DNA of 64,000 nucleotides from positions 40,362,001 to 40,426,000 of the forward strand of contig NC_043000.1 in the NCBI RefSeq assembly GCF_006345805.1, written 5' to 3'. The DNA comes from Octopus sinensis (taxonomy: Eukaryota). The notes under the pieces are model-generated. The model was not told the origin of the DNA. It worked only from the letters and a program-made list of their open reading frames with translations, and did not search any database. Below are positions 24,905 through 35,692 of this stretch, piece after piece. Every line of letters begins with the position of its first letter. The first letter of the stretch is position 1. A program made the position numbers and the translations under genes.

Positions 24905-25517
24905 ACATAGATACAGGAACAGGAAATATCAACCAAGTACCTGATGCATAAAAGGGAAAGAGATGCAGGAAAAGCAGTAAAATGTGACAACCGGTGTAGA
25001 ATTTGTGGAGTTAACACCGAAGATATTACCCATATCATAAGCAGTTGACCGAAAATGTCATCACGGTGTTATCTACCGATAAGACATGATGTTGTAGTTA
25101 GGACACTATATAATGAAATCTGTCAGAAGGATAACCCCGAGGACAAAGAAATAAGAACCCAGAGTATGGTAGAAGCCATAGCCACTCATGATAAAAAGGA
25201 GTATTGATGGGATGTCCCAGTGAAGACCTCAATAAAGTGTAAGCACAACAGATCTTATATGATGATTTGTGATAGAGAAGAGGAACTGTACAGTTGTGGA
25301 AATTAGCTGCCCAGCGGATGTTAATATAAAGCTGAAGATCAGTGAAAAAGAGAATACCTACGCTGAACTGTTGAGGGATCTGCAGTTACCCTATCCAAAT
25401 TACAAGTTCAGGTTTGTATCTTTAATTATAAGGGCTCTGAAATATGTAACACACTGCCTAAATAACAATCTTGAGAAATTAGGATTCTCAAAACTAGAAA
25501 GGAGAAAGCTAATTTGA
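24905..25517 (+). mobile_element. R4/Dong-like (restriction-like endonuclease) non-LTR 3' fragment
   Basis: IQEQEISTKY, CRICG..E.ITHIISS zinc knuckle, RHDVV, KHNRS, VVEISCP and KENTY motifs in order, with stops and frameshifts. Confidence 0.72.
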
Positions 25518-25708
25518 AGCTTGGCAGTATTTCGTCTGCTGTTATGTTCTGAGTTCAAATTCCGCCGAGGTCGACTTTGCCTTTCATCCTTTCGGGGTCG
25601 ATTAAATAAGTACCAGTTACACACTGGGGTTGATGTAATCGACTTAATCCCTTTGTCTGTCCTTGTTTGTCCCCCCTATGTTTAGCCCCCTGTAGGCAAT
25701 AAAGAAAT

Positions 25709-25712
<4 letters not shown>
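25518..25712 (+). mobile_element. 5'-truncated SINE family B variant with a distinct 3' tail
   Basis: Body matches family B; tail TTTGTCTGTCCTTGTTTGTCCCCCCTATGTTTAGCCCCCTGTAGGCAATAAAGAAATAA; followed by (GATA)n to ~25770. Confidence 0.8.
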
Positions 25713-25771
<59 letters not shown>

Positions 25772-26584
25772 TTAGATAAAAAGAGAGGGGGAGAGAAAGA
25801 CAGACAAACAAATAGACAGAGACAGATGAACAGACAGACATACAGATAGGCAGACAGATAGACTAACAGACAGATACGGCGCCGGGATTGTTGAGAATTA
25901 TTTTAAAGTGGGATAGAAGAGAAGAACCATAAATAATGAAGGGAGAAAGATATAGAGCAGAGAATGTGAGAAGAGAGAGAGGTGGGAAGAAGTATGTAGA
26001 GTCTGAAGCAATGAGAAAGATGAATGGTGTATTTAAATTATACAAACTATTGTTTATACATACCATTTTCTTATTTGAAAGTGTCCGTTTGAAAGAATAT
26101 TTGCACTTATAATGTACAAAGCTAATTACTCATATATAGCTAGCTACGCAACTAACAATAGGATACATTTAAATAAAAACCTAACTACAAGCATAATTGC
26201 ATTCGTTACCTGACGTATATATATAACTACACATCTACTTATACGCATAAATATACACACCTACACATAACTACATACTTAACTGCACATCTTCTTACAC
26301 GAAACTACATACTTAACTACAGCCGTTCAAGAATTTGGACATGGAGATCTCCATTTCTAGCGACTTCGAGGGCCACCTCCCAGTGGTGTCTGGCGTTAAC
26401 GAAGAGCTCTGGACTACAACAAGACGACCACAGTTTTTTTTTCCAAGGTCTGGGGTCTCCCGCCCCTAAGCCCTAGACCATCACCTAATCACCCTTACCC
26501 GTCTTGTTGCTTAACAACAACAACAACTACACATACATCTACAAGTTGTAGATGTACGTTGACATCTTACATCTACAGATGCAA

Positions 26585-26945
26585 TGCTTGAGCACAACGT
26601 CAGCGTTTTATCTCGGATTCACTCGATGTTTCGGGCCTCACAACATACACCTTCATCCAGGCGATTCGATCTGGGTTGATCAAGCTTAGACCCAAGAATC
26701 CCCTCTTTTCAGCCAGAGCCATTTGAATGTTTTCACAGCAGCCTCTACAATATTCTTTATTGATGTCTCTTCTTCTGTATGTACCTGAAACATCCAGCGT
26801 CCCATAGGTCTTATTCAGTGTACAACCTGAAAACCCTCGACTGCCAAGTTTCACTGGCAAATACCTCGTTCACTACTCATTCATTCTTGTGGCTGTCCTT
26901 CACCTCTTCTTAGTCTTTGGCTACATTTAGGGATAAGAGAGTGCC
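26585..26945 (-). mobile_element. Possible HERO-like (R2-superfamily) non-LTR 3' end
   Basis: ORF 26600-26860 PVKLGSRGFSGCTL..YGTLDVSG..RRR resembles the RLE C-terminal PVEVGCRGF motif; the following GATCAACCC..GATCG..TCGCCTGG.TGA.GGTGTATG..G..CCCGAAAC resembles a recalled HERO 3' UTR. Confidence 0.5.
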
Positions 26946-27027
26946 AGGAGTTGATGGAGATACTACATACATAGTTACACACAATAGCTAACTATGCACA
27001 CGTTGCACAAATTTTACACATAAATTA

Positions 27028-27312
27028 AATGCTAAGACCCCTTTCGGTCATGATTGACCATGGGATTGCACCTAGGGAGTTTACCCTCCTAGGTACAAGC
27101 CCATGCATACTGGCCTCCCCTCTCCACGCCACCAGTGTTATCCAAGGGAAAGGCAAAGGCCGATACAGCTTGGCACATGTGACATCGCAACTCATTTCTA
27201 CAGCTGAGTGAACTGGAGCAACGTGAAATAAAGTGTCTTGCTCAAGAACACAACACGCAACCCGGTCCGGGAATCGAACTCACAACCTCACGATCAAAAG
27301 CCATGCGCCTTC
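27028..27312 (-). mobile_element. SINE family C
   Basis: Reverse complement aligns with 42437-42770 (GTGTTCTTG.GCAAGACACTTTATTTCA...CCTTGGATAAC...GGAGAGG.GAGGC). Confidence 0.75.
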
Positions 27313-27894
27313 ACATAAATTAAATAACTACATAAATATTTCATATAAATGTTGACATCAAATAATAAATATTTGAATGAAATTAACTATGTATATGTGT
27401 TTTTGAATTGCTAAAATGTGTGTTCCATGTTGTAATTGTTTTAGTTTAAAAACATGGTCTCAGATCAAGTCATTTGCCAAAGTACACCCCTGCAGAACTC
27501 AGATAGTGCTACACACATATTACTACACATAGCAACATACATAACTACACACACAACTCTACGCAAAACTACATACACGACTATATATACATACTATGTA
27601 TACACATGCCTAAATATACATATAACTACATACACGCCCAACTATACATATAACTCCAAACTACACATATAAATGCACACATAACTAAACACATACGTAC
27701 TTTAGCTAGGCACCTAATTACACATGTACACTTGTATATCACGTAAATTAACACGACATTCACAAACACACACACACACACACATACACACACACACAGA
27801 CACACACACAAACACATATTCATGCATTCATCCTAATACACTAATATATAGACATAACCAATACACAACACCTGACGCTAATTAACACACGCGC

Positions 27895-27951
<57 letters not shown>

Positions 27952-28507
27952 ATAAAACCAACGTGGGAGCCATATTCCCATCAGATTGCACTCTTATCAA
28001 GTGAAGGTGAGTGCGTGGATGTCATTAGATAACGTAACCCTAGATATATGTTTATATCGATGAGATGGTCGTGGCTGGAACGCCTTCGACCATATATCTG
28101 CTCGATCAGATTTCTACCTGGGTTTAAACAACAACACTAGCACATACCTACAACACTACGCCAACAAACACATACATGCAATACACACGTATACAAACAC
28201 CTTATCAACAACCCTTTTGTATGTCTTTGATAAAATCCCCATCGTCACCAGCACTACCACCACATTGTAAAATTCTCCTTAATAGACACCCCGCCCCCTC
28301 TCGTATATCGCCACCACACCGTCACACTTCACACCATCACCACCATCACCGCCGCCACTGTTGCCACCACCATCACCAACTCGACGCTATAATATTCTCT
28401 TTGCTCGTAAATTCCACCGTTTATTATTACTGGAAAGGTGAGAATGACTCATCACCATCACAGACTCGTCACTGCTACCGCCATTACCACCTAGACGGCT
28501 ACCTTTC

Positions 28508-28515
28508 TACTACTA

Positions 28516-28602
<87 letters not shown>
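28508..28602. repeat. (TAC)n/(TGC)n trinucleotide microsatellite within a CAC/CAT-rich low-complexity tract
   Basis: Direct reading. Confidence 0.9.
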
Positions 28603-31104
28603 TTTCCACCAATACCAACATCACCACCACAATCATTAATATTATAGCCATCATCATTATAGCAGCCACCACCATCACTACCACCTTTGGCACCTCAGCA
28701 GTACATGTGCCCCCTAAACTATTACTTTTAATTTCTCGCGCCAAACATCACCACTTTAGCTACTATCACCCATACAGAATCACTGCCACATCAATGTTAC
28801 TACTATAAATATTAGATATTAACACCTCATTATACTACCTCCTCAACAAGGACTGCTCTACTTACTAGAAATGGTAGTCAAATCTCTCACAAATCCTTAA
28901 AAATAGGACACTTTGGTTAATGCAATCTGGAGAATAGTATGAATTACAAAAGAAATGTGGATGATCAAGGCTTGAACACCTCTGATCATAACTTTGCTCA
29001 GTCAGGCGTAACCTAGGGCTAAACAGCTGTAACAACCTAAACACTATTACGAATAATACCAACCTGACCGTGATGACTCTTAAGTACAATCATGACCTCC
29101 ACCACCACCACTGCAAACACTATTACCAATACTACTAATACTGATTACTAATAATACTACTATCACTAGCAAAAATATTATCATCACCCCCATCATTGCT
29201 TCACTCTAACTACCACCAACACCACCAACACCATCATCACCAGCACCACCATTGTCGCCGCCGCTACCACCACGATTACAACTATAGTCATCAGCAACAC
29301 CTTCTGCAACACAACAACAACAGCAAAACCAACACCACCCCTACCTTAACTACCCACCTCCACTACCACCACCAATATGAACACCATTTGAACAAACCAT
29401 TGTTGCTGACAGGGTTAAAGGAATTCTCCAGAACCATTCCGTGTGTACCGAAAATTACCGACTGAAGTTACTTAATTAGATCCTTTATTCCGTACACCAC
29501 CGCCACCGCCAACAACAACACCTTTATTACTACTACTCTCACCAGCCTTGTATTACTACTACTACTACTACCACCACCACCACCACCACCACCACCACCA
29601 CCACCACCATCACATTTCCATCCTTACCCTTTTTTCTTATTTTCTTCTTTTCTATTTTCATTCCCTTTACATCTGAGAGAAACTTTCATATTTCTTTTCT
29701 ATTAACTCTTTCTTTCTTTCATTCTTTGTTTCTTTTCTTTTCTTTTCTTGTGTATCCTTATTTCATTCTCTTTAGTTCATTCATTTCCCTTCCTCTTTTT
29801 CATACTTTTCTTTCCTTCTTTTTCTCATACATTTTCGCATTCATTTTTTCCTTCTATCTTTCCTTCTTCCTTTGGAATGGCCATAGATGGAACGTCTACA
29901 TACAATTAGAGCTGACTTGGAAACTACACAGCAATAAAACCATTGAAGGAGGCTCTACTTGGTTGCTCGACCTGTTAGAAATAGCAGTTAGATCTTACTC
30001 AATTTATGATCGACAATTTTGACAGCTGAGAATATACATTAGATAATGTATTTCTAGAAATATCCATAAAAAAGTGATGGTCACGGCTGGAATGCTTGTG
30101 ATCATAGGTTTGATCAATGAAGGTTACCCAAGCTTTGCACAAGCAACTACTAAAACATTTTTAGCAACAATAACAATAAAAATTGCAAAAACTACAATCA
30201 CCACATTGCTAAAATCCTTCACTATGCAGGCGAGGTTTAATTCGTTCTTATTCATAATTATGGTAATGGCAGATTCTATCATCCGTAGTAGTATTTGCGA
30301 ACTTCTGAGACTTTGGTCAATAAAAGCTTGGTTTCTACATCGTTTATCTCACCACCATTTTAATGCTTTTGAAGTACAATATCATAAAGACAATATAAAA
30401 CTACTCTAACCCTAAAACCTATCGCTCCCAATATTTTCTTGTTAACTATTCCTACCTCTGGTATAGTAGGATTGATATACAGGTTACTTTCAAAGTTTAA
30501 TATATAGTCATTGAGAGTGATAGAGAGATAGGAGAGAGGCTAAGTATTGTATTCTATCATGTATCTTGAGCTTATCAGCTATTTCCTTCACTTCTCGATT
30601 AATTCAGCAGTTATCTTTAGAGCTATGTTTTTGTTGGGTAGAAGTAGAACAGCCCTATTGGTTGGCTCCTAATGGACTGTGCGACAATATAAATGAACAT
30701 ACGCAGAAAGCCTTCAGTGGTGTAGCGCTGAGTAAAGCCGAGAGTGAGTATTGTCGAGGGTTATTACCAGTGTCTTGAGTTGAACGGTTTTCAAGGACAT
30801 TATTATTATCCCGTGATATCGTACATCGAACTTGCGGTACAACAGTTTTATATACGCTAGTTCCGTTATAAGATAGAAGCCTTTATATTTCCTAATATTA
30901 CTGCTGCAAAGATTTTTCAGTTTTATCAGAAGATAAAACATGCGTAAACAATACAAATTCTTTTTTCAAATTATCTTGAAAATTATTGCTTTCTGGAATT
31001 GAGAGAAAAAACTATTCAAATCTTTCATGTCTAAACACATATTTACCCACCCACTCATGCATTCATATATATATATATATATCTAGTCAATCCAAACATG
31101 AACA

Positions 31105-31230
31105 AGCAAGAAAATACAACAACGCGAGGACGTGGAATAAGTACAGTGTTATTGGACGCTCAGGAAAGGAAAGCAAAGAAAGAGGATTCCACGTTTCGAG
31201 CGGAGCTCTTCATCAGAAATATAGAAAATG
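31105..31230 (-). mobile_element. Penelope-type module H1 with a hammerhead-like core (31186-31220)
   Basis: Minus strand AUUU-CUGAUGA-A-GAGC-UCC-GCUC-GAAA-CGUG; canonical core, but G at the cleavage position. Confidence 0.55.
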
Positions 31231-31519
31231 TCCATCAACATATTTTCGCGATATATATATGCATATATACATCTCTCTCTCTCTCTCTCTCTCCACACAC
31301 ACACATACACACAAACATATCATTGCTATCATGTTAAACTGTCGTATGTCCAAATTTGGCCAAATGTGTTTTTTTTCAATATTTATTTTTGCTTGCAGTA
31401 ACCGGTTCTTTTAGTCAAACTATCGTAAATCCAGCTATTTCAGATGCCAAGATATCAAAAATTGTCAAAGTACAACGGTTTTGCTATGGAATGGTGAAAC
31501 TATTTTTCCATTTTCTGAA

Positions 31520-31920
31520 AGAGCAACGTTTTTGACGGAGAACGTGCAATCGGAACAAGACCCAGAGGAGGTCCGAAGTTCCATTTTAAAGACCAGCTCA
31601 AACGGACCTTGGCTCAAGCTAACATCCAGCCATCTTCATGGGACCAGATTGCCATAGATAAGACGTTCTGGATGACTGTTATCTGCAATAGAACCAGCTC
31701 ATTCGAACAGAACAGACAACAGAATGAGGATGCAAAACGTAGGAGAAGAAAGAGGCGTTCTCAATATCTTCGACCTGCACCGACCATCCCGTGCGAGTTC
31801 TGCCCACGACTCTTTCACCACCGATATGGACTCCAAAGTCACTTTTGGCCCAAACATCAGCCAAGGAAACTGGATGAAACTAATGAACTCAATGCTCGAA
31901 TACGAACTGGAGGCGACTAT
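31520..31920 (+). mobile_element. RTE-clade LINE 3' fragment
   Basis: RPRGGPKFHFKDQLKRTL...W..IA.D...W...FEQNR...KRRRRK...CEFCPRLF...GLQSH, the RTE/BovB-type C-terminus with a zinc finger. Confidence 0.72.
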
Positions 31921-32039
31921 ATATATATATATATATATAACATCTATACCTTTCAGAACAAGATGAACTGAGAACTTTATTCTTCTATCTTCTATATATT
32001 GTGAATTCTCTGTTTGGAATTTTCCTGCATACACAGTTT

Positions 32040-32115
32040 GTTTCCGATGACGGAATGCCCAATGTATGGGGGTGTTGACCCATTACCTGAGATATCACAG
32101 AAACAGCTGTAAGAC
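32040..32115 (+). ncRNA. Hammerhead-like relic with a palindromic stem III
   Basis: GUUU-CCGAUGA-[49-nt stem II region]-GAAA-CAGCUGU-A-AGAC; stem I GUUU/AGAC, ACAGCUGU self-complementary, GUA triplet; stem II closing is poor. Confidence 0.35.
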
Positions 32116-32450
32116 TTTAATTACTTCTACTTCTTTTTTGATTCACCTTACTCTAATTAAATATTCTAAATGACCTGAAATGCTCGTCATACCTTGGTTT
32201 TGTTTTCCCTTTCCTTAGTTATCTGAATCACGAATTAAATGAATTTAAAATATCATTATTTGGTTTGACTTCATGTTTATACATTATATAACTCCGTCAC
32301 TACAAGCTAGTCAGCCCTATATCCATTCACACAACTACTATAAATTATGTTAGGATTGTGTTGTTCTATCGCACCCGTGTTGAGAATTCTGGTAACGTGC
32401 ATAGCTTCTACGCTTAACACGAATTTCGTGTGTGTGTGTGTGAGTGTGTG

Positions 32451-32850
32451 TAGGTGCAGTCATGGCTGCATGGTAAGAAGTTTATTTCCGGGTTCAGCCA
32501 TACTGTGTAGCACAGTGTGCAAGTGCCTTCTACTACAGTTAGGGCCAACCAAAGACTTGTGAGTAGATTTGATAGAGGGAAAATGAAAGAAACCCGTCTT
32601 ATGCATATATGTATATATCTAAGTGTGCGTGTCTTTGTATTCGTATTTGTCCCCAACCTTCATCACTTGATAGCCAGTGTTGGTTTGTTTACGTCCCCGT
32701 AACGTAGCGATTCGACTAAAAAAGACCGATAGAATAAGTACCAGGATTGAAAAGAAATATGCACTGGGGTCGATTTGTTTGACTAAGCCCTTCAAAGTGG
32801 TGCCCCAGCATGGCCGTAGTCCAATGCCTGAAACAAGTAAAACAAAAGAT
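32451..32850 (+). mobile_element. SINE family A, full length
   Basis: Head GGTGCAGTCATGGCTGCATGGTAAG to tail GGTGCCCCAGCATGGCCGTAGTCCAATGCCTGAAACAAG. Confidence 0.85.
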
Positions 32851-32870
32851 ACATGTATGTGTGTGTGTGT

Positions 32871-32907
<37 letters not shown>

Positions 32908-32908
32908 C

Positions 32909-32947
<39 letters not shown>

Positions 32948-33349
32948 CGCTAGTCTTCAGAACTCTTCCCAAGTTATTTTAGCCACAATGTAATAGTGAA
33001 GCACTAATTTTAAAATGTCCCAATTTTGCAGACTAGAATGGTTATGTATTTAGTTCATTAGAGAGTGAACTTAATAACTCAAATAGATTAGCGACCTATC
33101 CAAATAAAGATGTTTCAGTTAAGCTGCTAAAGCTAAGATTAAGCACAGTTTTCTTTTTCTTTTTTCTTTTTTTTTTTTATATCTGTACTGTTTGCGAAAA
33201 GATTAACAAGGAGATTAATTTATCCGCTTATAGAAGACAAAAATTGTCAATAGCATGAAAATAATGAAATTACATTCTAGTTGTTATGATTCTCAACTTC
33301 GTATCACATAGTTGTTCGTGGAGGACAAATTTAGAAGGTATGTTATATT

Positions 33350-34030
33350 ATCCTTGACGATGATAACTTTGCTAACTAGCTGTGTTATCTCATCCATTAT
33401 GGTGGTTGGTGATAACTTTGAGGGCAATCTTATGACTTAGTCGTCCTAACGTCCATTGTGATATTAAAACAGCTACAAATGATAAACTAAGAAAGCTACG
33501 TTATGGCATGATGGTTGATGATGATATCTGTAAAAACTATGATATTCCATTATGATTGCAAATGATAAATTTCAAAGCAATATCATATTCATTATCGGTG
33601 TGGGTGACATTTTTGGAATGCTGTATTATCCCAGTCTAGTCTTCTACCATATTATTATCACTTGATTGTGGATATAACTTTGAACGCTATATTATCTTAT
33701 AACTTTCAATGGTATGTTTATACCATTATTGTTGTTACGATGATTACCTATACGTCATTAATACATGGCTGTCGATAATAGCCCCGGAAGCTATTTTGTC
33801 ATATAATCATCAATGTTAAATTTGACGGCCTTGTCGCCACATTATGGTAATTGAAGATAACTTTGAAACAAAGCAATTTCAGCCCGTTATAATTATCACG
33901 GTAATATCACATACTATATTGATATCACACATCGTTGGGTATGATAACTTTGAAGGCTTTTTTTATTACATTACGATAATCGATAATATCTACTTGTTAT
34001 CACATTATGTTTTGGAATGATAATTTCAAG
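33350..34030. repeat. Ancient degenerate tandem repeat with recurring GATAACTTTG(A) motif
   Basis: Motif variants at about 33362, 33411, 33564, 33673, 33699, 33856, 33943 and 34019. Confidence 0.55.
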
Positions 34031-35459
34031 CAGAAGAAAAAAAATTAAAAATCAATATTCTATTTTAAAAAAAAATTTCTTTTAATCATCAAGAAAAAAT
34101 GAGAAAAATATCAGACGAAACACACACACACAACTTTCTGTGAGAATAACCAAATCATGTTACAGGAAAAATCGAAGGTTTAGTAACGTGTATGATCACT
34201 CTCTTGTTTCAGAAGATAGAGAAGAAATTACTTTTCTAATACTTGTCATCCATCACACTTTCGGTTTTCTTTCACACACTCATTCACGGTGAGTGACTGA
34301 AAGAAATGTTTCGTGATTTGTTCGTCTCTCATTGCTTATCTCTCACACTCACTGCCTTTCTCACACTATCCATCTTTCCATCTATCCAGCCAGCGAATCA
34401 ATGAATGAAAGAACCAACTATCTATCAGGCCACTTTATTTGTCAATGTGTAAATCAAGTAAAGATTGCTTAATGGTCTTCATAGATATTCAGTGCAATTT
34501 TATCAAGAACTACAGCTGAGTCTATAAAACAAGCCAGCAGTCAGACACTGTAGGTATCCAAGGGATATAAGAACGATGTATAACGGAGGGGTGAGAGGAC
34601 GATACAGTTCTAGTGTTGTCGAAGTAGCATATTGGAAATTATCAATTAACAACGATGAAGCATTAAAAACTATCACAGAGCAATTAGAATAAAACCAGAG
34701 AATAGTGGACTCCTATCAGCATGAAGATATTAACACCGATGTCTTTACATCTAAGCCGACATAATCACCACTCCCCACACATTCTTTTAAGCTTTAACTA
34801 CTGTTACGAAGTTTTATTGACTCGTCTGACAACAAAACGCTGGGTTTCTTTTTTTCCTCTAATCTTGTAGTTTGTTGCTCTAATATAACAAAATAAACAA
34901 AGAAAAAGAAAAGAAAATGCAAAAAAAAAAGGCCAATGACGTACGAAGGACAAAGGGAAATTGAATTGTTTAGAAGGAGTGATCAAACAAACAATATCCG
35001 ATTATGAGACAGCTGGTTTCTAACTTCGATGTGGTAGATAATTTTAGTAGATGACAAATGACCTGAAAATCTATGTCAAAAATAAAATAAATAAAATATG
35101 ATCAGTCTTAATTACTCGTTCATTAGTTATGACATGAAATCCTCATAGTCTATTTACTGTTCTATGATGGAATTTCCGGCTGTCAAACCAACTTATCTGT
35201 TTCTAAGCTAAGTAATTTAATTTGGTTCAGGAAACAGCTTCTGTCATTTAGTGCAGTATTTCGATATTGGTATATTGGAACGGTCTAGGAATGTTTCTTT
35301 ATGAAACGATGGTTTATCATCTTTCAGCTTCATTTATTCCTATCCGAAGAATACTATCTTTTTCTTACATTATCTTTTCCAAGCACACTTATGCACGCGC
35401 GCGCGCACATTCATATATCCAAAGATATATATATAAACATATATATATTTATATATATA

Positions 35460-35508
<49 letters not shown>

Positions 35509-35631
35509 TTTATTATAGATATATATATTTATATATATATGCATGTACATATATATTAGTGTATATATTATATGCGTGTATATACACGCATATACATACA
35601 TACATACATACACACATATATATATATATAT

Positions 35632-35691
<60 letters not shown>

Positions 35692-35692
<1 letters not shown>

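Noticed and set aside
34213-34288. Possible 76-bp exon (TTTCAG acceptor at 34212, ACG|GTGAGT donor at 34289)
   Set aside because: Splice-like signals alone are common by chance; no convincing reading frame and no transcript evidence.
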